DNA of 64,000 nt from Camelus ferus (GCF_009834535.1 NC_045707.1:62498001-62562000); one strand, 5' to 3'; numbered from the stretch's first letter, positions 25,413-38,333 are shown. Made by a program: numbers and translations. The notes: generated from the sequence alone by a model not told the origin.

Positions 25413-25911
25413 CCGGGGGGAGAAACAATTCATCAAGAGGCTATTTAATCTGAAAGTTCTTTTCTTACTCCAAGTCTGTACACTTGAATCACCAATAATA
25501 ATGGAATAAGAAACTTGTCAGCAGCCATGGGTCATATTTTGAAGAACATAACACTTCCATAGTTAATAATAACCAAATACCTAGAGCTATTTAATTACAT
25601 TGATGAAGATTATAATAGAGAAACAGGGGCCTTTACATAAAAGAATCTCTGAAATTAATAGAGGTAACGTTAAAGAGATGTTCCTCCATCCTTAACTTAC
25701 ACCTGCTGTAAGAATTCTGGTATCTAAGGTTAACTCATGTATAATGATGCTTGAGTAAGGCTTTTTTTTCCCCCCCTTTTTGGTTGTATTGTAGGCTCAC
25801 CATCAGATATTCTATATAAGAAATTCCTAAATAAAATTTTATTTCAGTTCACATCTTGCAAACTCAGAAAGTTTCCATTATTACATTGAATGGGGGTAAA
25901 GTCAAACCATT

Positions 25912-26120
25912 CATAAGGGCACAGATTTTAGTGTGAAAGTACTGGGTTGAATCCAAGCTTCATACACCGCCAACTGTGGAAACTTGATTTAGTTACTCAA
26001 CCTCTCTGGGGCATATCTGTATGTAATTTAATGAGTATCTTCTTCAAAAGATGACTAAATGAATGAATTATCATAAAGCCTTCAAAAAAATGCTTAACAT
26101 ATTAAGCACTCTATGATTAC
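25912..26120 (+). mobile_element. MIR SINE
   Basis: ctgggttgaatcc B-box remnant, agttactcaacctctctg core, taagcactc tail. Confidence 0.7.
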
Positions 26121-26573
26121 CCATTCAAAAACATAGCTTTTCTTTTCTCGTGTTTTTTTGTTTGTTTTGTGTGTCCATCTGTTTGTTCTTTTTAGTACTG
26201 TATACCATGGGAGGTACTAGAGGACTTTTTTCACATTCTTCATTCTTTATTAGTTTGGAACTTGCTTATTTTATATTATGGGAACAACTGACCTGAAATC
26301 ACAAATACCTCTTCTATGTCACTAGAACTCCCTTCAAATAAGCACATGATTTATATCTTGTAAAGTATAAAGTATATTAAAATATGTTACAATGCATAAT
26401 AAAGTGAGCAGACTAACACTAAATAACCTAAAACTAATTTATTATAGCAATACAGATATAAAGTAATTATCTTAAACTAACCAAACTATACTAACAAACT
26501 AAACTAACTAAACATTTGAATCATAAGCATTAAACTTAGTTAATAGAGTTTGGATGGAAAAACATTTAAAAAT

Positions 26574-26681
26574 AATGTGACAATGAATGTATGTATGTTT
26601 ATGTATAACTGAAAAATTGTGCTCTACACTGGAATTTGACACATTGTAGAATGACTATAACTCAATAAAAAATGTTTAAAA
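26574..26681 (+). mobile_element. Short young L1 3' end (camelid-type)
   Basis: aatgtgacaatgaat...gtataactgaaaaattgtgctctacac...aataaaaaatgtt. A closely similar inverted copy lies at 34389-34528. Confidence 0.85.
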
Positions 26682-28139
26682 TGTATCTTCTACAAAGTCA
26701 AAAAAATTTCTTATTGATCTTAAATATTTTTAAAAGAATCTTCTGATAAATCCTTTCTTATCTCTCCTACTTTTTCAATCTAATATCCATATATATATAT
26801 ATATTTTTTATGTTTAAATAGTGAAAGAAAAATCAATATGTGTTTATACTTTTGGATAATAAAATTAAAACTCCATTATTGTGTCTAAAATTAAATTATA
26901 GGAAGGAATTCTTTTTAACCATAGGTATTCATTTTGGCTGTAATGAGCAAGGCTAGACTTTTCAATAATTAAAGCATTGTATGTGTCATCCAAAATAAAC
27001 CCTGCTTATTGCTAATTTTAAGTGGTAGCAAGTGTAAGTAGTTTATATTCAATATTTGAGAGACTTGTTCTAAACTTTTTTATTCTTCATTTATAAGCAT
27101 TATTCTAAGCAATCATGGTAAAATTTTCAATACTATTGTTTTATAGATTTTTTTTTCCTTCTGTAAACAATACAGAGCCCACTAACAAAGATAATTATCT
27201 GTGGAAATGCATTTTAAAAGAAAAAAAATCCATAACTGATCTCTAATAAAACACAACAAAATGCAGAATTTTCAAGGAGTTATTAGAAACATTTCAGCTG
27301 CTGACTACTTTTTGCTCAATTTTCTAAGACTCCTAGAAGAAATTGTTTTTCTGTCAGAGCAGTTAAAACTCATAGCTTAATTTATTACATCTATTACCTG
27401 AACTCTGTTACCTATCACTCCACTCATCATAGTGTATATTAGGTTCTGCTTTACCACGACTGGCTATAATATCTTACCATATTTTAATGCAAAATAAAGA
27501 GTATTTTCAAGGTTGCAGTCCCTCTTACATACTGGATTACTATCCAGTGGTTTTGGGATGCAAAGATGCTTAGGGACAAATGTATGCTTCTTTAGGAAGC
27601 TAAGTAAATAGGAAAATAAAAGCTAGAATACAAATTAGAAAATTGTCAGTGCTATGAAAGTTCAGAGGAAGGATGCTGTCTGTTGAAGGAGTTCAAGGAA
27701 TCTCAAATGGCATGGGAGGAAACCCTCTGAACCATTGATTTCCATTGCTGATAGCCCTCTTGCTAATCCATCGGTCCTTACACTGAGTATCCAGTGTACT
27801 CCCGGGGAAACACATGTTTTCCAGGGATTCACAGGCATGGAGAGTCTTAGCCTAAACATACACATACTCGTTTTAAAAACTTGTCTACCTGAGAATACCT
27901 TCCCTCTGCCACTTCTCCTTTCCCATCTCTTCTTTCATTTGCGAGCTTCTCCCACCATTCAAAAGGAAGTCCCATTTCATACCATCCGAAATCTCTCTAT
28001 GGTTCTTTGCTTTGGAGTTCAAAATGCCTACTTACTTTTGCAGAGAGAACAACAAATTTGGGAAGAGACATTTAGGTAGACCTTAAAAAGATGAGTCAAC
28101 TGAACAGCTAGAGTTAGGGAGGAAGGCTATCTAAAAAGG

Positions 28140-28925
28140 ACTGATTTGTATACCAATCACTATCCCCTTATTCCTCCTCAAATCTTTATTTCTGTTAAAA
28201 TTGTTTGGTTAAATCTGTTTTTGAAGTTATATGAATGAAATTCTACAACATGTTCTGTTGAGTCTGACTACCCTAGCTTAACATTATTTAACAGTGTTTG
28301 TGTTGCTGCTGTGCAATAATGATCATTGCTGTATAGTATTCCAGTGTATGAATGTACACAGTAAGGTGTTTATCTATTTATTAGTAAAGGACATTTCAGT
28401 TATTTTATATGGATTACTGATAATTATCAATCAGAATTACTGAATCTATATCTTGGTGCTCATATAGAAGAATTTCTGTAAGATATACCTAAAAATGGAT
28501 TTTTAGGTCATTGGGTATGAGTAAGTTCAACAAAGAAGGGATTTCTGTTTCCTTTCTGTTTTCCAGAGTAGTTGTACCAATTAAGTAGTGAGTTAATAAA
28601 TTCAGTGATTTCCATGAAATCAATCCTTCCATGTAAATTCTACAATTATCGTGTAGCTCTCTGTTTACGGTTTTTCCCCTGAAGTTTTGAAGAGTATTTG
28701 CAGACTTCATTTTACTTCACCCTGAAAACTTCATCGTGCATCTTCAAAGAATACAAACATCTTCCCATACAACTGAAATACCATTATCACACACCTAATA
28801 CAATTAATTAATATTTCTAAAATAGCATTTAATATCAGTTCATATTCAAGTCATGCCAAATTTCATTAAAATGTACATTTTAGAGTTTTTGAATCAGAAT
28901 CTTATTAAAGCTTATGCATTCAATT
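28140..28925 (-). mobile_element. Old L1 3' region fragments (L1ME/L1MC-like)
   Basis: ttgctgtatagtattccagtgtatgaat, ttccagagtagttgtaccaatt and aataccattatcacacacctaa motifs. Confidence 0.7.
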
Positions 28926-30182
28926 TTTGCCTTCATATTGAAGGATATTTTCACTAGGTATAGAATTCCAAGCTATAAGTTTCTTCTTTCCTTAAGTACT
29001 TTAAAGATATTATTTCACAGTCTTCTGTGTTTGTAGTTTTTGATGAGAAATGAGCAGCAATTTGTATTGTTTGTCCCTATTTGGAATTCATCATTATTCT
29101 CTGCTTTCAAGATTATCCTTTTATCTCTGTTTTCTATAATATGATTGTAATATGCACAGATAAGTTGCTATTTTATTTTATCCATTTTGGAGTTCACTGA
29201 GCTTTTTGAATCTATAGATCATATCCCTCATAAAATTTGAGAAGTCATTGGTCATTATTTCTTTAAGTATTTTTTTGCACCATTCTCTCTTCTCCTGGGA
29301 CTCCAAATTACACAAATTTTAGAGTTCTTAATATTGTCCCTCAAGTCTCTACACATTTGTTCAATTAAAAAAATTTTTGCTTGCTTCTTTTCTACATGTA
29401 AAATAATTTCCATAGATCTGTCTTTAAGTTCACTGGCTTTTCTATTATCTCCATCCTATTTTTGAGATCATCCTATGAATTTTATTTCAATTATTATACA
29501 TTTTAGAATTAAGATTTCCATTAGTTTTTGCTTATAGTTTCTATCTTTCTGATTAACTTTCCATCTTTACGTTCATTCTGAGCATATTTTTTCTTACTTA
29601 ATTTAGTATGGTACAGTAGCTACTTAATGTCACTCTTTGACAGTTCCAACATTTGAATCATCTCAGAGTTGATTTTCTTTTCCCAGGAAAATTTGTCATA
29701 TTTTCCCAGTTTTTTCATATGTCAAGTAATTTGAGACTGTTTTCTGGAAGTTTTGAATACTTTAGTAGCAAATCTGGATTCTGATACTGTCCTCTGGGTG
29801 GTGTCATATTTTGTTTCCACAATTTATCTTGGCTGGATGGCAAATACTGATTTGAGATTAAAATCAAACCTTAATATTAGATTTATTTTTTTTAATTTTT
29901 AGCTGAGCTGCTTAGAGTTTGACCTGAACATGCATGTTTCAGGGATTAGCCAAATACTAGATTTCATGTATATAAATTACTCTGACCTCTATCTGTCTCC
30001 ATTTAAAACTTTGCCCTCTGGTTCTTCAGGCATAAAAGACTGAAGGTTTGCCTTTTGTTTTTGGTTTTTTGTTTTTTTTTTTTTTTTTTGTCAGTTTCAG
30101 GCACCCTATGTAGTGCTGACTGCAAATTTGCTCTCAGATCAGAAGTCATAAAAACGGGAAAGTCATCTCATGCCTATTCCTT
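28926..30182 (-). mobile_element. Old L1 ORF1/5' region (L1ME-like), continuing at about 30790-30960
   Basis: ttgaaggatattttcactaggtatagaattc, ttggagttcactgagctttttgaatc and tctcctgggactccaaattaca antisense ORF1 motifs. Confidence 0.8.
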
Positions 30183-30782
30183 TGTGTTAGTTTTCTCTCA
30201 TTGCATACCATATCACCGTAAATTGAGTGGCTTAAGTAAGATATCATTATTGTGTCACAGATGAGTCAGTAGATTGGACATGGCTTAACTGACTCTTCTG
30301 CTTGGTTATCTCACAAATCTACACCCAAGGTGCTAGCCAAGAAGTATTTTCTTCTGGAGTGTGGGGTCTTCTTCTTCCATTTGAGTTATTGGCCAAATCC
30401 AGTTTCTAGCAGTTGTAGGAGTGAGGGCCTCAGTTATTACAGACCACTACTATCCAGAGCCAGTTAAAACATGGCCATTTTCTTCTTCAAGGCCAGCAAG
30501 AGAATCTCTCTTTCTCTCTCTAGAAAGGGTCCAGTCTTTTTTAAAGGAATTTTACCTGACTAATCCAGACTCATCCTAGGTGCACTCTCCCAAAATTAAT
30601 TCAAATCAATAGATTTAGGACTTTAATGACAGCTACAAAGTCCCTTCACTTTTGCTTTGAAACATAGCTTGATCATAGGAGGACATCCCAACGTGTTCAC
30701 AGGTGTCATTTTTCTTCAAGGGAATGTGACTATGCAGAGCATGAGCACCAAGAGAGAGAATCTAGGAGTTCTGCCTAACACA
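30183..30782 (-). mobile_element. MaLR MLT1 (MLT1E-like) solo LTR nested in L1
   Basis: TG...CA termini (tgtgttagttttc ... ttctgcctaacaca); internal ttcttcaaggccagcaagagaatctct. Confidence 0.85.
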
Positions 30783-31049
30783 ACCATTTTACAGGTGTCA
30801 ACTCCCCCTCAGCAGGTGCCTCTCTTTATTCAGTTTCAGAGATTTCTGGCAGTTGTTTTCTGTTTTTAGCTCTTTTAATGCTTATTTTTGTGTATATCCA
30901 CAGTTATTCCTGTTTTAATCTGCAGGGAGGGTCAATCCATCGTGAGTTTAATCGGTGAACCTAGAGGGAAGACTTTTGTTCATGAGTATGTCCTATGGCA
31001 TCATGTTTTTTGATTTATCTAATCTGTTCTATTTAATTACAGTCATTCT

Positions 31050-31800
31050 TTTTAGATGGAAATCATGCCAAATTTAACCAGACCAGTCTTCTTCAAACTG
31101 ACACATGTGGGGTTATTATTTTTTTTTTAAGAAGAGGGTTATACAAACAACATTATGGTCACTGAGGACTTTCTCACTTTCTTACACAACATATTGCCTA
31201 AATTTTACCTTATACACTCACTGCCCCAGACCTAGAAACACAAGTTTACAAGGATACCCAGCTGCTTTTAAGATTGATTATATTCAGGAAGCAAGATCTG
31301 CCTGTTACTCAATGTTCCTGTTTCTAGGTACTTGTGGTGTTTGTAAAAAAGCAAATTTGTACTGATATTTTAAATTCAAATGTAAAATGTCAGAATTTTC
31401 ATCTTTTATTATTTATTATTATTCTCAATTTTAAAATGTCTCTTCACTGGGATACTGAAAGTCTTATTTCTAACAACCTCAATATATTAACTACTTAGTT
31501 GTTTCTTTTATACTTTGATATATACTTTAAGAACTATGAAACCCATGTTACTACTACATATAAATTCTCTGTGTGAAATTTAAAATTTCTTTAAGGTGCC
31601 TTTGTCCTTACTAAAGACAAAAAGAAACAAAGCAACAAACAAACATCAAGTATGTCCAGGACATTGTACTTCAAAGTCACTGAAGTCTTTTATCTGTGGA
31701 TTTGTTATTAATTTTATATATGTCTAATGTCATTGTTTCTTCTGTGGTTTAATTTCTTAATTTTTTGCTTGATTTAATTTTAAAATATTTAACACATTTG
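31050..31800 (-). mobile_element. Decayed L1MC-type 3' UTR fragment
   Basis: ctgccccagacctagaa...aagcaagatctg motifs. Confidence 0.45.
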
Positions 31801-32630
31801 TATCTTTCAAAGTTAACGAAGATATTAAAACTTGTTGTCAGAGAAGCCCTTCTCCATTTCTAATCTCTCCGCTTCGGGTACTCCTTTTGTTTTGATGGTT
31901 ACTTTCTATAGGATTTGGGGAAACTTGGAGACATAGTCTCCTGAATTCACTGACTTAACAATCTCTGTTTCCATTAGCACAAATCAAAACCATTTCTTCC
32001 TTTTTTATAATACTATCATCACTAAAACCCAGTATTTCTCCTGCTTTTGTAAACCTGCCTAAATGTCTCATTTTTCTCTTAGAAAAATCCTTTCTATTCT
32101 CCTCATGCTTCAGTTCCAATCTGGACTACACATTGTGTCTCAAGATAAATTTATTCTAGAAAATCATATGTATATATTTAAAATATGATCTAATCATACC
32201 ATCATAATTGTATGCAGTATTTATAAGTGTAAATTATATATTCATGAGAAATATTAAAGCATATAATTTTGATTGATCAATTGTTAACAACTAGGAATTC
32301 AAATATGTGTTAAAATACTCTGCAAAACACAGTGTTACTTTTTCCTTTATATCATCATTAATTGATGACTGATTTTATACCATCAGTTTATTCTAACTGC
32401 CTGTTTATTTCCCTTTTTTTTGAAGACCAAATGGTCGTGATCTGCATAGTGGATTATCTTTTTTGTCTTTTTACTACTACCTATTACTAACCCCAGATAT
32501 TTGTGTAATTATCTGTGGTAACTGACAATTCCAAGGAAGTTTAGTCTTCAGTGAATTTTTCCAGACTATTGACATGGAATCAGATATTCTTAGAGGAGTT
32601 TTGGTCCCTTTTAGGTCAAGTTTGCCAGTA

Positions 32631-32648
32631 ACAACAACAACAACCACC

Positions 32649-32682
<34 letters not shown>

Positions 32683-32690
32683 TATACATA
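32631..32690. repeat. Compound (ACA)n-poly(A)-(TA)n simple repeat
   Basis: acaacaacaacaaccacc, then an A-run, then tatatatata. Confidence 0.9.
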
Positions 32691-34059
32691 TCAGCTACCT
32701 TATTCTATTGCATATTCGTACCCACTACCTACTGAATTTTTGTTTAGAATTATAAATTTGATTGTTAAATACTCTACTAATGAAAGTTTTCATTTGAAAT
32801 TATTATTATGTACAAAAAAATAATTTTTATTTCCCAATGTGAGATTTTTGGACCATTTTGTCAGCTCCCAGGTTATGGGCTCAAGCCAAAACTCCAAAAT
32901 AACACCGGAGGAAAAAAATCTTTTTCAAAAAAATCCAATTTTAAACCTAGAAAATAACTTTTTCATAACTTTTTTTTTTTTGCCAACTTCCATATCGTAC
33001 TTACCTTTAATTTTATCTCAGCAAGCAAGATTGCAGCCAGGTTTACTCAAAATAAGTTTAAATCTGAAAACAAAGCAAAAGAAAATATTGGAATTTAAAA
33101 GCACCCTATTTATAATAATACTGCAATTTAATATTCTTGAAATAGTAGCATTCACTGTACTTGAGAAATATGAATTATCCTGAACATAATAAAACAGTAT
33201 TTAAGCTTCTTGTACTTTGAGCCCAATTATGTCCCCTGGCTATAATTTAGAATGATATTTTTTGAACACTAATAATAATTCAATTATCTCCCCACACATT
33301 TGCAGAAATCCCAGAGTCCCAAAGCCAAGTTTACTTGTCAGCAAGTATATTCAAAACATATACTTTAAAACAGAGTTACTAATAGCTCCAAAAAGCCCCC
33401 AAACTAATTTCTAACCAGCACAATCAATATTAAACTACATAAACTTTTGAAGTTATTTTTTTCATATAACCTGCCTCTTTTCAAATTTCTCCAGTGATAT
33501 CATCTGTCAGTGTAATTCTCTAAATTTTACCATCAACACCCCCTACCCCAACACATACTTCTAAAGTGTTTATCCTCAATCAAATTTTCTCTGTTGTGAA
33601 GTCTCCAGACTGTTAAAAAGTTCATTCCTTTTAGAACAGAATCCTTTGTAAAAGTGCCAGCACACTTCCTTGCTGCCCTCTTGGGTCTCTACTTCAACTT
33701 TCACAGTCAGAGGAATATTGGCCCTAAACCTCTGAAACAGAACCAGAGTTTATAATCTTTGGGATTATAAATCACCTATCTAATGTGATTAAAAGGACTA
33801 CCTTTCCAGACATACCTGGTTTATCCATGATGCATTTAGAGTCAATGGAATCTTCTTCTTGGACATCATAATTTTTACACCATGCATTGTCATCCTGTAT
33901 CCCTCAGATTTAGAAAGAGGAGACGAACTCCTTTTCTCATGTTGTCTTCCTATGCCATTGACATTATTGGATGAGCTCCCACTTCAGCAGGAATACCAAT
34001 TTCCTATTTACAACAAATTCTAGGATTGCCTGGAAGGAAATTGCACAATGAAAACTGTT

Positions 34060-34760
34060 ATTTTATGTAGCTTTTAGTAATTTGGATTGATACTATTTGA
34101 AATTATAAATTATTTTGAAAAATGGTCACCTTGACAATGATTCTTCTCCTTTCAAAAATATGATATGTATTTTCCATTTATTGGGTTTTTTTGCATGTCT
34201 TTTGGTAAAATTTTATAGTTCTTACTCTTACTGTCATATCTTTTTTATATAGTATGTTAACTTAAGATTATTTTTATTAAGTTTACATTTAAGTATATTA
34301 TAAAGCTGTTTATTACAAATAGGTTCCTTTTTATTTCAAATACAATTAATTATTGCTACTATATAGAAATACATGGGAAGTTTCCTCATTTTTTTTAACA
34401 TTTTTTATTATTTGTAATCATTTTACAATGTTGTGTCAAATTCCTGTGTAGAGCACAATTTTTCAATTATACATGAACATACATATATTCATTGTCACAT
34501 TCCTTTCTCTGTGAGCTTACCATGAGATTTTTGTATCATTTTTGATACCATCTTCTTGATATACTTTCTTACCAACTCTAATATTATGTTTATTGTTTCT
34601 TTGGATTTTCTAGGTGTAAGATTTATTATTTATAAATAATGATAGTTTTATTTCTTAATTTCCAATGTTTATATATGTTTAATTTGTCTGTTGCATTGAC
34701 AATGACTGGAGTACAAGACTGAATAATAACAATGACAGTTAGGTCTGAGTTTCTGGGAGA
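34060..34760 (-). mobile_element. Decayed L1 ORF2 fragment
   Basis: accttgacaatgattcttctcc...aatatgatatgtattttccattta and tctttggattttctagg antisense motifs. Confidence 0.7.
34389..34528 (-). mobile_element. Short young L1 3' end (camelid-type) nested in older L1
   Basis: Reverse complement matches 26574-26681 over about 100 bp; T-run tail at 34389. Confidence 0.88.
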
Positions 34761-34974
34761 TGGGATTTATACAGTTAAGGCACATCTGCCTCCCTATTCT
34801 TTGTTTACTAAGAGACTTCTTATGAAGAACTGGTGTTTAATTTTCTCAATTTTTTTTACTATGCATATACATACGCATTTTTTTCCTCTTTTAATTCCGA
34901 CATGTACAGAGCTGTATAAATATATTTTCAGAGTCAGGAGAAAAAGCTGACTCTGGTTTATTAAACAACAACAA

Positions 34975-35430
34975 AAATTTATTAAAACAATGTTTAAATA
35001 AAGCAAGTTCACAGGAGAAGTAGAGAAATGTTGCAGGATGCAAGATCAGTATACAAAAGTAATTGTATTTCCACATGCAAGCAATGAACAGTACAAAAAT
35101 GAAATTAAGAATACAATTCCATTTGCAACTGCATTAAAAAGAATATAATGCTTAGAAAACATTTAACAAAAAAGTGCAAGAAAGTGACAAAACTTTAATA
35201 AGGAAAATTCAAGAAGATCAAAATAAGCGGAAGGACATTCCATGTTCACAGTTTGGAAATCTCAATGTGCTAAAGATAGTAATTCCCTTCAAGTTGATCT
35301 GTAGATTTAAAACAATTCCTATGAAAATTTCAGCAGGCTTTACAAAAAATTGGCAAGCAGAATCTGCAATTCACAGGGAAATGCAAAACACCTAGCAGTC
35401 AAAACAATTCTGAAAAAAGAAGAGCAAGTT
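34975..35430 (+). mobile_element. L1 ORF2 reverse-transcriptase/thumb fragment
   Basis: ORF 35174..35395 KTLIRKIQEDQNKRKDIPCSQFGNLNVLKIVIPFKLICRFKTIPMKI matches ORF2p KTLLKEIKEDLNKWKDIPCSWIGRLNIVKM..LPKLIYRFNAIPIKI. Confidence 0.92.
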
Positions 35431-35618
35431 TTCTGATTCCACATGTGAAAAGTTGGCAGTCATCACTAAGTCTTTAACAGTAAGTAAAAAGCTGAACATA
35501 CTGAAAAGCCAACAACTTTCCTTGGATCTGTGAGAGAAGACACAGGGCAAAATGCTGTCCCCGAGATCAGAGAGACAGACAGGGAAATGAAAGGAGTCAT
35601 GGCTTGCTACCTAGAGGC
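35431..35618 (+). mobile_element. L1MC-type extreme 5' UTR (L1MCa-like)
   Basis: aaaaagctgaacatactgaaaagccaacaactttccttggatctgtgagagaag...cagggcaaaatgctgtcccc. Confidence 0.65.
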
Positions 35619-36335
35619 TTATTGATTTTATTGATCTTTTCAAATAACCAGGTTTTGGTTTCACTGATTTTCTCTATTGACTTCTTATTTTCAATTTCTG
35701 TAACCTTCTCTAATATAATTTCTTTTCTTCTGCTTACTTTGCATTTAACTTGTTCCTTTTTTTGTTTGTTTGTTTCCTAAGGTAGAAATTTAGATGATTA
35801 GTTTTGGAATTTTCTTCCTTTCTAACATATGCATTCAATACCAAATATATCTCTTCGTATTTCTTCTTTGACCCATGTGTTATTTAGAAGTATGTTGTTT
35901 AATCTCTATGCATTTTGGGATTTTCCAGTTATCTCTGTGTTATTTATTTCTAGTTTATTTCCAATGTTATCTGAGAAAAGAGATTGCATGCTTTCAATTC
36001 TTGTAAATTGGTTAAGGTGTTTTTATGGCCCAGAATATGCTCTAGTTTAGTGAATGTTCCATGTTAGCTTGAGAAGAATGTGTACTCTGCTGTTGTTGGA
36101 TATAGTCTACAACTGACAATTATACCCAGTTGATTAATGGTGATGTTGAGTTCAAGTGTCCTTACTGATTTTCTGCCTATTGGATATATGTGTTTGTGAT
36201 AGGAGGATGTTTAATTTTGTAACTATAATCATGGATTCATCTATTTCTCTTTGCAATTCTATTAGTTTTTTCCTCACATAGTTTGACCTTCTGTTATTAA
36301 GAGCATACACATTAAGGATTAAGGCTGTCTCTTGT
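35619..36335 (-). mobile_element. L1 ORF2 endonuclease-region fragment
   Basis: ttattgatcttttcaaataaccaggttttggtttcactgattttctctattg; gacccatgtgttatttagaagtatgttgtttaat; cttgagaagaatgtgtactctgctgttgttgg. Confidence 0.9.
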
Positions 36336-36339
36336 ATAT

Positions 36340-37883
36340 ACTACTTCCATTTGATAATGGAGCGCTGCTGTGCTGTGTGAGTCAGACTATTCTGATTGCT
36401 GCTTTGATTCTGCTGTGCATTGTGGTAAGCACACACCTTGTCTTTGGTACTTGAGTACAGTCACTTGGCCTTTGCCACCCTGAGATGCAATTACTCTTGT
36501 TGCATTTAGTTTTCCTAATTCAGTGCCCACAGTTGCCACTGTAAGTTCTGGCCAACAAAGAAGAATGATCATAGAGCTTTAGATGATGCTGGTGCTCTCC
36601 TCAAAAATTTATTTTTCACAGTCATGGTGAAAGGTATTTATTTTGGATCCTCCCACGGTAGGTGAGTAGGTCTTAAGTGACAAATCCACTCCAACATTTC
36701 AATGTCTGTAAGCCTTTGAATCCCTTCCTCTTCATTAAACTGTGGGAAATTGGACATTTCCATGTCAGTCGCAATGGGTCACATTTTGATTCAAGTTTCA
36801 ACTAACCCACAGAGCAAACAATTAGAGGTCTTTCTAACTGCCATTATAACTACAACATTAAATGCATTATCTCTTCTTAGTTGACTCATATCAATAAATT
36901 CAGGCTGATCCATCTTTATATTCCTCCACATGCGTTATATTTGTTGCCAACATAGTCCCTGGATTTCTGTCAGTATACATTTGAAAATTCAAGTCGTTGT
37001 TTCGGAGTGTAGCGTACTTTCTCATCTTTAGGGGCCTACTATGACTTGAGTCTAGTTATAGGTCCAGAAGCAAAGAGAGGTGGTCGTGTGAGTGGGAAAA
37101 GGATCAGTACTGCCTTTCAAGGCAACAGCCTCAGGGAGCCATTATAGTTTCCTCAGGCAATGAAGGTTCACTCTCCCTAGCTGGGAGTACGTGAGCTACT
37201 TCCACCTGGGACGGAGAGGCTACTTGTACTAGGGGTAGAATTATCAGAATTTAGGGCTCAGTGTTTGCAGCTTTGTCAGGATCTTCTCACATGTCTCCAT
37301 TCCAACTTTCAGGATTTCGTTTTTTTTTCCAATCATTGCCTTCACATTTTAACAGTAGACACCCTGTGAAACTGTGAATTCAATTTGCATTGTAATTCCA
37401 CCACTGGCAGGGTGAGATTCTGGGTTTGGTTTTCACTCTTATCAGCCCTGTGGCTGCAGGAAATAAGATCTCTTTCAGGGCAGATATAAAAGTTTCAGGT
37501 CACTTAGGTGGCATTTAAACTGGAAATTGAAATCCCTGAGCTCATCTTTTTTTCCCCTCTACTTTGTTCAGTGACATTAGGGGCAACCAGCCAATATCAT
37601 TGTACTCCTTAGTTTGACAAAAGTGTTTTGAAGTATTGTATGCATTGTCACCCAGATCTTTACCTCCTGTGTTTGATTAAGAATACCCAATGGCAATGTC
37701 TTGTGTATCTCTGTTGCCACATGATGCATGGACTATCAGTGTTCTTTTTAGTACTAGAAATAGAGTCATTAGTGTCTTTAAATCTAATCAGATTAGAGAG
37801 TCAATTTCAGAAAACCCAGAACCAATTTTGAAGATTTGTCAGTAGAAGTCTTTTCCTCCAGAACAAATCATGGTATCAAAATC
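36340..37883 (-). pseudogene. ERV-L internal region: leader plus decayed gag
   Basis: ORF 36387..36572 ILLCWPELTVATVGTELGKLNATRVIASQGGKGQV resembles ERV-L Gag ALLCRPDLTVGTAVTQLENLNAMGIIGSRGGRGQV. Minus strand begins gattttgatacca directly after the LTR, as in ERVL-int. Confidence 0.9.
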
Positions 37884-37954
37884 TGTATTAGTCAGGGTTC
37901 TCCAAGAAACTACACCAATAATATACATGTAGATAGACAGACAGACAGACAGAC

Positions 37955-37992
<38 letters not shown>

Positions 37993-38333
37993 GAAATTGG
38001 CTCACATGATCATGAAGGCTGGCATGTCCAAAATTTAGTGTGGGCCCAGGAGGTGCAGGTTGAAGAATCAGGGGAGTTGATGGTACAGGTCCAGTCTGAA
38101 AGCCAGTGGACAGGGAACCAGGAAGGCCAACAGGGCAGCTCTTTTTCATGGGCAGTCTACTATCGAGTTTCCTCTTGCTCAGAGGAGACTGAACTTTTTA
38201 TTCTGTTCAGTCCTCAGTGGATTAAGCCTACTCACCTTTTTGAAGGCAATGTGCTTACTCAGAGTTTACTGATTTAAATGTTAATGTTGCCCAAAACCAT
38301 CCTCTTTGTGGGTACGTAGAATTAACCATCGCA
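37884..38333 (-). mobile_element. MLT2-type ERV-L 5' LTR
   Basis: Minus strand starts TGCGATGGTTAAT (MLT2 TGTGATGGTTAAT) and ends gagaaccctgactaataCA. Confidence 0.92.
37928..37992. repeat. (GACA)n(GATA)n tetranucleotide microsatellite inside the MLT2 LTR
   Basis: Direct reading. Confidence 0.95.

Noticed and set aside
33669..33687. CTCF-like motif (GAGACCCAAGAGGGCAGCA on minus strand)
   Set aside because: Mismatches in the 5' CC core; cannot be supported without a PWM score or ChIP data.
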